From Candidatus Hydrogenedentota bacterium (lineage in GTDB: Bacteria; Hydrogenedentota; Hydrogenedentia; Hydrogenedentales; SLHB01), in contig CAVUWV010000013.1 of the NCBI GenBank assembly GCA_963745075.1, positions 64,001-128,000 of the forward strand: DNA of 64,000 nt. Direction: 5' to 3'. Every line of letters begins with the position of its first letter. Position 1 is the first letter of the stretch. Shown here in pieces: positions 40,570 to 49,934 of the stretch. Under the pieces are notes generated by a model. It made no database searches. It was not told the origin of the DNA and was given only the letters and a program-made list of their open reading frames with translations. The position numbers and the translations under genes were made by a program.

Positions 40570-41529
40570 TTATCCAGTTTTCCAGCTCGCGGAACCGGCG
40601 GGCACCGGTACCTCGGAGATTATATCACGTAGCACGCTATGGGCGGTTACGCGGCGTAAGCGACTCTCCGGATTCAAGATAAGACGATGTTCCAGTACCG
40701 GATGGGCCAATGTCTTTACGTCGTCCGGAAGCACGTAACTCCGGCCCTGCACTGCCGCAAATGACTGGCAGGCACGGAATAACGCCATCGATGCGCGGGG
40801 ACTGGCCCCGAGGCTTAAATGGGTGGAATCGCGCGTTCGATGCACAATTCGAAGGATGTATTCGCGCACTTTGTCGTGGATGTGAATCTCGCGTATCCCC
40901 GCTTGCATCTTCAGCACGGTCTGCGGGTCCGTGACTGGCTTGAGCGCCTCCAGCGGGTGCGTGACGCGCATGCGCTCAAGCATTTCACCCTCGGCGGTGA
41001 TGTTGGGGTAGCCCACGGACAGGCGCAGCATAAACCGGTCGAGCTGCGCCTCGGGTAGGGGGAAGGTTCCCTCGTGCTCGACGGGGTTTTGGGTCGCGAA
41101 CACGACAAAGGGTTGCGCGAGTTGATAGGTCGTCCCGTCAACGGAAACCTGCCCTTCCGCCATCGCTTCGAGAAGCGCACTTTGGGTCCGCGGCGTGGCC
41201 CGGTTGATTTCGTCCGCCACGATCACTTGCGAGAAGATCGGTCCGCGGCGGAACTCGAACTCCTGTGTTTTCTGGTTGTAGATGGAAACGCCGCTGACAT
41301 CCGTCGGGAGCAGGTCGGGCGTGCATTGAATGCGGGTGAACGAACAGCCGCTGGATACCGCCAGGCATCGAACCAACACCGTTTTTGCGACGCCCGGCAC
41401 GTCTTCCATCAATACGTGGCCGCCGGCCAGGAACGCCGCCAATGCTGTTTTGATGACGGCGGTCTTGTCCAGAATCACCGTCTCGACATTGCGGACGATG
41501 TCCTTGATGGCTTGTCGAAATGCGCTCAA
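40570..41529 (-). CDS. moxR: MoxR-family AAA+ ATPase
   Basis: EDVPGVAKT, RIQCTPDLLPTD, DEINRATPRTQSALLEAM, ATQNPVEHEGTFPLPEAQLDRF, GASPR. Confidence 0.93.
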   Translation of the reverse strand: MSAFRQAIKDIVRNVETVILDKTAVIKTALAAFLAGGHVLMEDVPGVAKTVLVRCLAVSSGCSFTRIQCTPDLLPTDVSGVSIYNQKTQEFEFRRGPIFSQVIVADEINRATPRTQSALLEAMAEGQVSVDGTTYQLAQPFVVFATQNPVEHEGTFPLPEAQLDRFMLRLSVGYPNITAEGEMLERMRVTHPLEALKPVTDPQTVLKMQAGIREIHIHDKVREYILRIVHRTRDSTHLSLGASPRASMALFRACQSFAAVQGRSYVLPDDVKTLAHPVLEHRLILNPESRLRRVTAHSVLRDIISEVPVPAGSASWKTG

Positions 41530-41769
41530 GTACCCTTCCCTTCCACGCGTGAAACGATGATACAAGCCGGTCCCATGCGGTGCAAGTATTCAACCCGGAA
41601 TCGTCCGAAGATTTTGCACCTATAAAAGCGTGCGAACTGCGTCATCGGTTAGTTCTGATAAAACTGCACCGTTGTGCGATTACACGAATCGTGCTACTGT
41701 GAAAGCGTCAATTCTTAGCGAAGTTCCGGGCCTGTGTTTGCAGGCGCAACCTTCCGGAGGATCGGTGCC

Positions 41770-42573
41770 ATGCGTCTTGGGAGTACCTGCATATGTCGCG
41801 TCGTTCCCGTTTCGATCGTCGCCGTGCTTATGTTCTGCCCGTTGGCGCCAGCGGACTCGATCGCGGTGGACGGCAAAACCTATGACAATGTCGTTGTCCG
41901 CGAAAGTGCGACCCGTTATGTGGTCGAGTTGCCCGACAGCGGCAAGATTCTCAGCGTGAACAAGGATCAAATCGATAGCGGCGCCGTTCATGTCGAACGT
42001 GGCGCGGATCGAGACGCTTTGCACGCGCGGTGGGAAGAGAACAACCCGTACGTCGATGCGAAGCCGGCCAAGATAGACACAACCGCTCCCCAATCGACCG
42101 CCGAATCTACGGATACGAAGCCGGTCCTCATTAGGAACGTGCACAAGGGCCAGGAACCGAGGCAGTCCGCAGACCAGTCGGATCCATCCATTGCGCAGCG
42201 TTATAACGGATTGCTGGGTCCGGCTGGTCGCCACGTAGCCCGGACGAATGGCGGGTTTCAGGCGGTCGCTCCCGTTCGCAACGAGGACATCGTGATCCAT
42301 CAGGAGGGAGGCCGCAGTGCGGCGGTCGCGTCGCCGGGCGGGTATGGCGGCGGTGTGGCGGCGGCTCGGGGTGGCGCGTACGGAGGGGCAGGGGCTGGGG
42401 CTGGCTTCGGAGGCGGCCGCGGCGGCGGGTATGGTGGCGCCGGAGGCGGATACGGTGGTGGCGGAGGCGGTGCCTTCTTCAGCAATATCTCCGAACTCTT
42501 TTCGACGATCGACGACCGCCTCGTTGGCGAGACACCGGCGCAGATTGGCCTCCAGATTTCCGTGAGCCGCTGA
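41770..42573 (+). CDS. Secreted hypothetical protein with a Gly/Tyr-rich C-terminal tract
   Basis: GGAGG RBS, signal peptide ending APA-D, GGYGG-type repeats near the C-terminus. Confidence 0.65.
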   Translation: MRLGSTCICRVVPVSIVAVLMFCPLAPADSIAVDGKTYDNVVVRESATRYVVELPDSGKILSVNKDQIDSGAVHVERGADRDALHARWEENNPYVDAKPAKIDTTAPQSTAESTDTKPVLIRNVHKGQEPRQSADQSDPSIAQRYNGLLGPAGRHVARTNGGFQAVAPVRNEDIVIHQEGGRSAAVASPGGYGGGVAAARGGAYGGAGAGAGFGGGRGGGYGGAGGGYGGGGGGAFFSNISELFSTIDDRLVGETPAQIGLQISVSR

Positions 42574-42619
42574 ACTTTCTCCGTCGCACACGCGGTCGAA
42601 CATGGCCCGGGGCAACGAT

Positions 42620-42648
42620 TTGACTTGAGCCCGGATGTTTGGTATTCT
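42620..42648 (+). promoter_or_regulatory. Sigma70 promoter of rplM-rpsI
   Basis: TTGACT, 17 bp, TATTCT with an extended -10 TG. Confidence 0.65.
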
Positions 42649-42893
42649 CCTGCGTCGCATTGAACCCCGACGGGAAAGTTCTGCGCGTGCAGACTGTCCG
42701 GACGGGGGGAGCATGCGCCTGCAACACGATGTGCGGCGCTTTACCGGGCAGATCCCGTTACCTGCCGGTGCGGTACAACGATGGCCAAGGGGTTGGTAGG
42801 CCGCTTGTCCCAGGCGTTTCAGGCACCTGTTGGCGTCTGAGAAACCGGAGTCTCGCGAACGCATGCCGTTCGCTTCCGTGGAGGAATGAACGC

Positions 42894-43322
42894 GTGAAGA
42901 CATATGTCCCCAAGCAGGGGGAGATTGAGAAGAAGTGGCACGTCATCGACGCCGAAGGCAAGGTGTTGGGCCGGGTGGCCGTGGAAGCCGCGAAGCTTTT
43001 GCGCGGCAAGCACAAGCCCCAGTACACGCCGTACCTGGATTGCGGCGACAACGTCATCATCATCAACGCCGAGAAGGCCAAGGTTACCGGGAAGAAGGCG
43101 GAAGCGAAAATGTACTATCGCCATTCCGGGTATCCCGGCGGCATGTCGGAAACGAATTACACCCGGTTGATTGCCAAACATCCGACGCGGGCCATGACGC
43201 TGGCGGTCCAGGGTATGCTGCCCCACAACCGGCTGGGGCGCAAACTGGCCAAGCATCTGCGGGTCTACGCCGGTCCCGATCACCAGCAAGAGGCCCAGAA
43301 CCCGCAACCCTATACGCTTTGA
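42894..43322 (+). CDS. rplM: 50S ribosomal protein L13
   Basis: WHVIDAEGKVLGR, LRGKHKPQYTP..DCGD, YYRHSGYPGG. GTG start after GGAGG. Confidence 0.97.
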   Translation: MKTYVPKQGEIEKKWHVIDAEGKVLGRVAVEAAKLLRGKHKPQYTPYLDCGDNVIIINAEKAKVTGKKAEAKMYYRHSGYPGGMSETNYTRLIAKHPTRAMTLAVQGMLPHNRLGRKLAKHLRVYAGPDHQQEAQNPQPYTL

Positions 43323-43375
43323 TGGCATCGTGAATCCGGTACCGCCGGATCTTCGCAGGAAAAGAGGATAACAAC

Positions 43376-43774
43376 GTGGCAGAGATTAGCAATGAAATCG
43401 TGACCGTCGGCCGGCGCAAATCCGCCGTGGCCCGCGTCCGCATGAAGCCCGGCACCGGCGTGGTCGTGGTGAACGGCAAGCCTGTCGAAGAATACCTCGC
43501 GCGCGAGGTCCTCGTCATGGTCGCCCGTCAGCCCTTCGAGGTCACCGACAACATGGGCAAATACGACATCCGCGCCAAATGCGATGGTGGCGGTCTGGCT
43601 GGTCAGGCCGGCGCACTGCGGCTCGGCATCGCCCGTGCCCTGGTCGAGACCAACGAAAAATTCCGCCCTATGCTGCGCAAAGCCGGTCTGTTGACCCGCG
43701 ACGCCCGCGAGGTCGAACGCAAAAAGTACGGCCAACCCGGCGCCCGCAAACGCTTCCAGTTCTCCAAGCGCTAA
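43376..43774 (+). CDS. rpsI: 30S ribosomal protein S9
   Basis: [45 protein letters not shown]. Confidence 0.97.
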   Translation: MAEISNEIVTVGRRKSAVARVRMKPGTGVVVVNGKPVEEYLAREVLVMVARQPFEVTDNMGKYDIRAKCDGGGLAGQAGALRLGIARALVETNEKFRPMLRKAGLLTRDAREVERKKYGQPGARKRFQFSKR

Positions 43775-43803
43775 ACCCGCGCCAATCGTATTCGCGAAAT
43801 GCT

Positions 43804-43835
43804 GCGTCCTCCCATCCAGGGAGGACGCTTTTTTT
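43804..43835 (+). terminator. Rho-independent terminator of rplM-rpsI
   Basis: gcgtcctccc-atcca-gggaggacgc followed by T7. Confidence 0.92.
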
Positions 43836-43924
43836 GACGCGTCTTGTGTCGGCCGGCGGCATGTTCAATCCAGGATCGTGCCTTACGAAGAAACCAATGT
43901 TTCCACCAGGAACTGAACCTGGGC

Positions 43925-43958
43925 ACACTGGGAGCGCCACGCACCGGCGTGGCGAATT
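43925..43958. repeat. 34-bp REP-like direct repeat, copy 1 (copy 2 at 45935-45968)
   Basis: acactgggagcgccacgcacc(g/a)gcgtggcgaatt, 33/34 identical, with an internal gccacgc/gcgtggc hairpin. Confidence 0.8.
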
Positions 43959-44045
43959 TACAGGCTGCCCCGAGCCTTTTGCCGTAACTTAATCAGCATG
44001 CCGTTTTGAGCTAAGATTATAGTTGGTGTCGAATAAGGGGGGAGC

Positions 44046-45005
44046 GTGAGAACATGGTTCCAGATCCTGCCGGGGCTTGTGCTATTTGCCGCGGCTACTA
44101 CCTTGTGGCCGGGAGTCCCGGGACATTTGCAGCCGTTGCAGCAGTGCGTCGCCGCCTTGGGACAGAATCCCAACCATGAGCAGAAGAACGCACCCGTCGC
44201 CCCGGACAGGAATCGCCCTTCCTATGCGGGGACATGGGCGTTGTGGGACGCGGAAGGCCAATACCTCACCACAGCGGAGATCGTCGACATTCACGATCGA
44301 TTTGGTGCTGGAATACTCTTCTTTCGTTCCGAAACAAAACACGACCTGGATTTTAAGCGCCTGAAAAACGCGGGCTTGGCGCTGATCAAGGTGGCCCATC
44401 CGGGCTACGCACCATTCAAGGATGCAACCTTCCTGGACGATGAACTGCGGGTACGCGAGTGGGCGCGGACAGCCGCCGGAAATCCCTTCATCGATGGAAT
44501 CGCCTTGGACATTGAAGGTCCCACAGCAACCACTCACAAGAACTTGTTTCGTGTCCTGGCCGAAGAGGCGCACGCTCGGAACAAGACGTTTCACGCCGTT
44601 CCTCATTTCGCGTTGTTTAACCGATGGGAAGGCACGCTGACGCCGCAAGAGATCAACACGTACGCGGACGTGGTGTGGCCGTGGCTTTATAACCGCTTCC
44701 GGCAACCAAACTACGGCCAGGGTCTGGTGTCCATGCTAGCCTACTGGCGAGACAAAGGCGTGACCGTTCCAACCTATCCCATTTTCGACCACGGTAGAAC
44801 CGATTACTCAGGCATCGCGCCCTCGGAAGCCCGGGAAGTGCCGTCTATCCTCAAGAAGGCGGGCGTCGAGACCGTATGCCTCTTTCAGCCACACGTCAGC
44901 TACCGCAGCCTTACAGAATCGGAAGACTATGCAGCCTTGTGGCGAAACCTGGCCAAGGCGTACGGGAACAAGGGCGACGACGTTGTAGAACGCATTGGTG
45001 AATAG
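44046..45005 (+). CDS. Secreted hypothetical protein, possibly a TIM-barrel glycoside-hydrolase-like fold
   Basis: GGGAG RBS, signal peptide, IDGIALDIEGP motif. Confidence 0.6.
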   Translation: MRTWFQILPGLVLFAAATTLWPGVPGHLQPLQQCVAALGQNPNHEQKNAPVAPDRNRPSYAGTWALWDAEGQYLTTAEIVDIHDRFGAGILFFRSETKHDLDFKRLKNAGLALIKVAHPGYAPFKDATFLDDELRVREWARTAAGNPFIDGIALDIEGPTATTHKNLFRVLAEEAHARNKTFHAVPHFALFNRWEGTLTPQEINTYADVVWPWLYNRFRQPNYGQGLVSMLAYWRDKGVTVPTYPIFDHGRTDYSGIAPSEAREVPSILKKAGVETVCLFQPHVSYRSLTESEDYAALWRNLAKAYGNKGDDVVERIGE

Positions 45006-45070
45006 ACTGGTCATGATGGCATAAGAAACGCCGGACTCTCCATCGACTACGTGGTCGGAATGGACACGGA

Positions 45071-45740
45071 TTACCCCAGCGGTTTAATCCGCAGATTCCG
45101 GAAGGACAATTGCGTTCCGTGTCCCGCAAGGGAAAGGTGTCCGCTGGTCCGTTGTAGACCGGGATGGTCCTTGCCATCGGGAGTCGGCGCGCCGTCGCGA
45201 TAAGGGGCGAGATCGGCATCGACGATGACCGCGCCGTTCAGCGTGACGCGCACCCGCGTGCCTTCAACCCGAATCTCTTCCTCATTCCATTCCCCCACGG
45301 GCTTCAGGTGACCCGTTTTCGCAGGGATGATCCCGTAAACCGAACCGTGGTGCTGCCATGGTTTGGCCGCCGCGAACTTTTCCGCGGAGTCGTCGAGGAT
45401 CTGAATCTCCAGCCCGTCCCGCGACGCCTTGCCATCCATGGGCACATGGATCCCGATCCCATTGTTGGCGCCCGGCGTCAGTTTGAATTCAAACCGCAGG
45501 ATGAAGTCGGAGTATTCGCGCTCCGTGTACAGGTTTCCTTTCGGATTCAGCCTCCAAGACCCCGTCCACGGCCCGGTACCCGTCCGTGTCGCCGGCCCAC
45601 CCGGTCAAATCCTTGCCATTGAAAATCGAAACGAACCCTTCTTCGTCCGGTTTTGCCTGCGAAGCATGCGCAATTCGAGACGCAACGAGACCAAGGCCGG
45701 TTACCAGAACACCCAGCAGGATTAATGTCGCTTTCTTCAC
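45071..45740 (-). CDS. DUF1080 (3-keto-disaccharide hydrolase-like) secreted protein, frameshift at ~45550
   Basis: EGFVSIFNGKDLTGW in one frame. GNLYTEREYSDFILRFEFKL..GANNGIG, EIQILDD, GEWN and FRNLRIK in the other. Confidence 0.85.
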
Positions 45741-45934
45741 TCGAACTCCCCTTCGGTTACCGGCGTGGCAAAGCAGGTCTCCGCCGACACCATTTTTGTC
45801 GAGAATCTTCATGAGTGTAATCCCCGCGTCACGTCCTATCAAACACGCGGGAAATTGGCACGCAGCCACGCGGATTCCCGTAAGGGAGAGATTCACGCAA
45901 GAAATTCAGCAGACCCCGAGCACGCCACGTAGCA

Positions 45935-45968
45935 ACACTGGGAGCGCCACGCACCAGCGTGGCGAATT
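45935..45968. repeat. 34-bp REP-like direct repeat, copy 2
   Basis: Matches 43925-43958 at 33/34. Confidence 0.8.
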
Positions 45969-46050
45969 CATCGTCTGCCTCTGGATTTCCCCCGAATTTC
46001 CTTCCGTGAATCTCACCAGTCCAACCGAGCCTTGCCAGCATTCTACAACT

Positions 46051-46213
46051 CCGTGGCCGAAGGGCCTGAATACCCATAGTCACGCCACAGGCGTGATTGG
46101 CCGCCGCGCAGCAAGGTCAACTCGAGGCTGGGAGTATATAGGCCCTTCGGGCCATTACGGCGGCTTGGCGCCGCCGCGTGATTAGCGCAAGCAGGTGGCG
46201 CCGTCGGGCGGTG
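46051..46213. repeat. Long palindromic repeat element, copy 1 (internally shortened)
   Basis: Ends ggccgaagggcctgaatacccatag ... taggcccttcgggccattacggcggctt..cgccgccgcgtgatt are shared with the copies at 47.6 and 49.9 kb. Confidence 0.85.
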
Positions 46214-46337
46214 GGATCGAGAATATAATCTTGTATCCCCCAAATTCATGCAAGCCATAGTTGAATCTCCTTGTCCAGTAAAATCTTCCGGCGCCGTGAC
46301 TTGCCCCAATTCTCAGCCCGCCGAGTGGTGAGCACGT

Positions 46338-47108
46338 CTAACGCGGTCCTTTTCTTCGAGTCATTTGAGTCCCTGCCAGAGCAAGTGCGACGGCGGCGAG
46401 GCCCAGCGCTATCGGTCCCCCAACCGGCATGGTGACGAGATTCACATCGGGAATCTCGGGACCCGTAAGTCGAATTTCATCTACGTCAATCTGGTCTCCC
46501 CCTGCTCCGGTCACGTCAGCACGGGCGAGCATGTATATGGTGGTGTTGGTAGCCAGGTTTTCACCTGAAGGCCCCAGGTCAATGGTATGCAGCGTGATAT
46601 ACGCAGAACCGTCCAGAGAGTACAAGAAATCCAGCGTGTTGCCGGTTCGTACTATGTGAAGGGAATGGACATCGCTTGCTATGGGCGTAAACGTCCCCGG
46701 AATCGGCGCACCGTTGCGCCCCACGGCGATAGCGATACCGGACCCATCCATGATCCGGTAGATCCCGAACCAGGGAACACCTTCGGAAACGGGCCTAAAT
46801 GACACCTCAACCCCAATGGCGTCGTAGCTCCCAGGTGTAAGAACAGGCGTCTGAGGCTGGACAAACATCATGTCATAAGTGAAGTCGCCCGGCGCGAGCG
46901 GCCCCATTGTGCCACTGGGGGTCTCAAGAAGATCGTAGTCATTGGGATCCACCCCAAAAGTGAATGTCATGTCACTAGCACCATATGTTATCTCGCCGGG
47001 AGGAAGGTGTACTGGATCGCTGTTGCCCGTGTAGATCGCACTGCCCGCGAAAGCAGACCCACACAGCAAAAGTACTGCCGGCATTATGACGAATGCCATC
47101 CTAAACAT
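46338..47108 (-). CDS. Secreted surface protein with a C-terminal PEP-CTERM/IPTL-like sorting signal
   Basis: GAGG RBS, signal peptide ending AFA. The C-terminus MPVGGPIALGLAAVALALAGTQMTRRKGPR is motif + TM helix + basic tail. Confidence 0.75.
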   Translation of the reverse strand: MFRMAFVIMPAVLLLCGSAFAGSAIYTGNSDPVHLPPGEITYGASDMTFTFGVDPNDYDLLETPSGTMGPLAPGDFTYDMMFVQPQTPVLTPGSYDAIGVEVSFRPVSEGVPWFGIYRIMDGSGIAIAVGRNGAPIPGTFTPIASDVHSLHIVRTGNTLDFLYSLDGSAYITLHTIDLGPSGENLATNTTIYMLARADVTGAGGDQIDVDEIRLTGPEIPDVNLVTMPVGGPIALGLAAVALALAGTQMTRRKGPR

Positions 47109-47344
47109 AATGTTACCTCTCTTTCTTACGAAGGTTTTCCAGATGACCCGCTTCCCCCATGCCTCGAAGAGATTGCCCATGACAATGTAGCAACTGCGCC
47201 CTGGTCGACCCTCTTCCGACAGGCGATCCCAAGGATCTTGGGTGAAAAGGCAATATTCGAGATTACCCATATGGAAGATTCAAGGGAAGATTTAGAAGAT
47301 TTAGGGCACGAATTAGTGTTTTCCCCGCCGGTCGCGACGCCTGG

Positions 47345-47515
47345 CTAAGGTTTTCGGCAGCGTTTAGCGGGGCGGAGGAGGTGGCCGAGCAGGGTCTCCA
47401 ACTGTGGCACGAATTGGTCGTCGCCGGAGCGGCGCCCGATACGGGTCTTGCGACGTATTCGATAGACACCATCGGGGTTGCTCTCCAAGCGGTTCCACTC
47501 CGCCCAATCCCCTAT
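47345..47515 (-). pseudogene. C-terminal remnant of a Y1/REP-associated tyrosine transposase-like protein
   Basis: IGDWAEW...RIRRKTRIGRRSGDDQFVPQLETLLGHLLRPAKRCRKP* resembles the recalled C-terminal pattern DW.EWL...IR..TRTGRP.G...F...LE..LG..L.P...GR.P. No start and no HUH domain. Confidence 0.55.
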
Positions 47516-47542
47516 CGAGTTAGAGTCGGAAGAACCTGAATT

Positions 47543-47571
47543 TGTATAACACGAAGCTCATGACGCGTCAA
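47543..47571 (-). promoter_or_regulatory. Repeat-linked sigma70-like promoter, copy 1
   Basis: TTGACG, 17 bp, (TG-n)TATACA. The same hexamers and spacing recur at 49860-49888. Confidence 0.6.
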
Positions 47572-47604
47572 GGGCCCGAGAAGATCGAGCGTGCGGTTCT
47601 TCGA

Positions 47605-47918
47605 CGACGCCATGGTCCGAAGGGCCTGAATACCCATAGTCACGCCACAGGCGTGATTGGCCGCCGCGCAGCAAGGCCTACCCGGGGTCCGTGGATTTCC
47701 GTTTCGGTCGATACCCCGGAGGGGTTACATAGTCAAAATCCGGTTATGTATTCCCTTCGGGGAATTGAGAAGGTGGGGCCGTGGTGACCCCGGGTAGACC
47801 CACGCTTCGCGTGCGTCAACCCGGGGCTGCGAGTATGTAGGCCCTTCGGGCCATTACGGCGGCTTCACGCCGCCGCGTGATTGGCATCACCGGTTGGAGC
47901 AAACGGGTGGTGCCATCG
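47605..47918. repeat. Long palindromic repeat element, copy 2
   Basis: Terminal ccgaagggcct/aggcccttcgg inverted repeats with nested acccgggg/ccccgggt and ccccggagggg/cccttcgggg stems. Confidence 0.88.
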
Positions 47919-48035
47919 AGGCGGGGGATATTCAGGGGGAATTCACCGACAGACTACGAATTGGAAGATCCAGCGGGATTCTTCATGTCCTTGAATTCCC
48001 GTGCGATTATTCGCGAGCGATTCGGAGCGCGGCCA

Positions 48036-48866
48036 TTAGTTGTTGTCCTTACCCTCTACGCCTTGAAGCTTCTCAATGTTCTTCTGCGACCAATAGTTCA
48101 TCTCGTCTTCGTTCATAACTTCGCCGAATATGAACTTACCGTCCTTGCGGTAGTCCAGATCAACCGAATCGGAATTGGGGCGGTAAATGTACGTGTACGA
48201 CAGCGGAACAGGCGATTGGGCAAGGATGGCGCATAGCGCTTCCCGCGCCGTTACGCCGCTAACAGATACCGTGACTACCTGGTCGTCCACGATCGCCGGG
48301 TAAGGATTCCGGAATTCGTCCGGGCCTGCAGGAAAGAAGGTCAACCTATAGTCTGACTTCGAGTTTTGGTTAATTGCGCGGCCTAGCGCGCAGCATGCTT
48401 CCCAGACACTAGCATCGCTTACCTCCAAGGATACAACAACGTCAAGGTTATTGACGGGGGGGGCACCCGCTTGTCTGACGGGAAAGATAACGATTTGGTC
48501 GTGGATAACGTCCCATGTAAGTGTACCTGCGGTAGCTCCGACGAACCGGTCAAGACATTGATCTAGTTTGTCGCCTTTCGAAACCGTTAATGCAATTTGT
48601 GGTTGAGCGGCTATGGGTACCGACCGTCCCAAGTCAGGTATGTTTTCAAATGAAATCGGGACGTCGAAAACGCGGTGCAGCTTATTAAAGGCTATGCCAT
48701 ACATCGACGCCGCGTCTTTCGTGCCGCTAATTGGCTCCTTGGCAGTAGCTTCCAGCTCCTCTGTTGCGTCACCCACAGCCGCCACCGAATGTGCGCTGAC
48801 CAGTATGAGCAACAATGCAAGAGGATTTTTCGCAGTGTTCATATTTGCCACTTTCTTACCTATCAC
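48036..48866 (-). CDS. Secreted hypothetical protein, tandem paralog 2
   Basis: Signal peptide. Long near-identical blocks shared with 48897-49733 (WDVIHDQIVIFP, DASVWEACCALGRAINQNSKSDY, TAREALCAIL). Confidence 0.8.
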   Translation of the reverse strand: MIGKKVANMNTAKNPLALLLILVSAHSVAAVGDATEELEATAKEPISGTKDAASMYGIAFNKLHRVFDVPISFENIPDLGRSVPIAAQPQIALTVSKGDKLDQCLDRFVGATAGTLTWDVIHDQIVIFPVRQAGAPPVNNLDVVVSLEVSDASVWEACCALGRAINQNSKSDYRLTFFPAGPDEFRNPYPAIVDDQVVTVSVSGVTAREALCAILAQSPVPLSYTYIYRPNSDSVDLDYRKDGKFIFGEVMNEDEMNYWSQKNIEKLQGVEGKDNN

Positions 48867-48896
48867 AATAGGGTCACGTGTTCCGGAGCGGGGCCA

Positions 48897-49733
48897 CTAG
48901 TTGTTGTCCTTACGCTCTACGCCTTGAAGCTTTTCCGCGTTCTTTTGCGACCAATACTTCACCTCGTTTTTGTCCATAGCGTCGCCGTACATAATTTTGC
49001 CGTCTTTACGGTAGTCCAAATCAACCGAATCCAAATCAAGGCCACATATGTACCTGTACGAAAGCGGAACCGGCGCTTGGGAGAGGATGGCACACAGCGC
49101 TTCCCGCGCGGTTACGTCACTAACGGATACGGTGACGACGCGGTCATCCACAATCGCCGGGTAAGGATTCCGGACTTCGTCCGGCCCCGATGGAAAGAAG
49201 GTCAACTTATAGTCCGACTTCGAGTTTTGGTTAATCGCACGGCCGAGCGCACAACACGCTTCCCAGACACTAGCATCGTGTACCTCCAACGATACAATAA
49301 CGTCGAGGTTGTCGATGGGTGGGTCACCCGCTTGTCGAGCGGGAAAGATGACGATTTGGTCGTGGATAACGTCCCATCTAAGGGCCCCTTTGGTGGCCTC
49401 CATGAACCGGTCAAGACATGGCCCCAGTCTTTCCCCTTTCGTAATCGGGAATGCAATTTGTGGTTGCGTCGCGATATCTGTCGACCGACCCGATTCAGGC
49501 AGGCCCTCGAACGATATCGGAACGTCGAAAACGTAGAGCAGTTCATTAAATACACCGTCATACCCCCACGCCGCGCCTTTCGTGCCAACTGCTTCCTTGG
49601 CTCTAGCATCCAACCTTTCTGTTGCCTGACCCGCAGCCTGGGGCCAAGAGGCAGCCGAATGAAGGGACAACAACACGCCACACGTGAGCCAAACAAGAAT
49701 GGAATTAGCCTGGGGTAGTCTCTTCTTCTTCAT
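48897..49733 (-). CDS. Secreted hypothetical protein, tandem paralog 1
   Basis: GAGGGA RBS, MKKKR + hydrophobic signal peptide, paralogous to 48036-48866. Confidence 0.8.
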   Translation of the reverse strand: MKKKRLPQANSILVWLTCGVLLSLHSAASWPQAAGQATERLDARAKEAVGTKGAAWGYDGVFNELLYVFDVPISFEGLPESGRSTDIATQPQIAFPITKGERLGPCLDRFMEATKGALRWDVIHDQIVIFPARQAGDPPIDNLDVIVSLEVHDASVWEACCALGRAINQNSKSDYKLTFFPSGPDEVRNPYPAIVDDRVVTVSVSDVTAREALCAILSQAPVPLSYRYICGLDLDSVDLDYRKDGKIMYGDAMDKNEVKYWSQKNAEKLQGVERKDNN

Positions 49734-49859
49734 AGTTAGTTCCCTCTTCTATCCCGTCTGAGAATGTAGGGACGGAATACGAACTCGGCATGGATTACCA
49801 TCCGAGCGGCGCCACAGCACCCGATTCTCCGGCGAGTCAGAGTCGCAAGAACCTGCTTT

Positions 49860-49888
49860 TGTATAACACGGCGATTACGGTACGTCAA
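49860..49888 (-). promoter_or_regulatory. Repeat-linked sigma70-like promoter, copy 2
   Basis: TTGACG, 17 bp, (TG-n)TATACA about 130 bp upstream of the paralog-1 start. Confidence 0.6.
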
Positions 49889-49934
49889 GGGTCATAGAGA
49901 TTGGACCTGAGGGGATCTGTGCCTTCTTCCGACA

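Noticed and set aside
42340..42475. GGC-rich repeat tract
   Set aside because: It is explained by the Gly-rich coding region of 41770-42573.
42639..42893. 85-aa N-terminal extension of L13 in the ORF track
   Set aside because: The true start is GTG 42894 with a GGAGG RBS. The upstream in-frame stretch begins inside the promoter.
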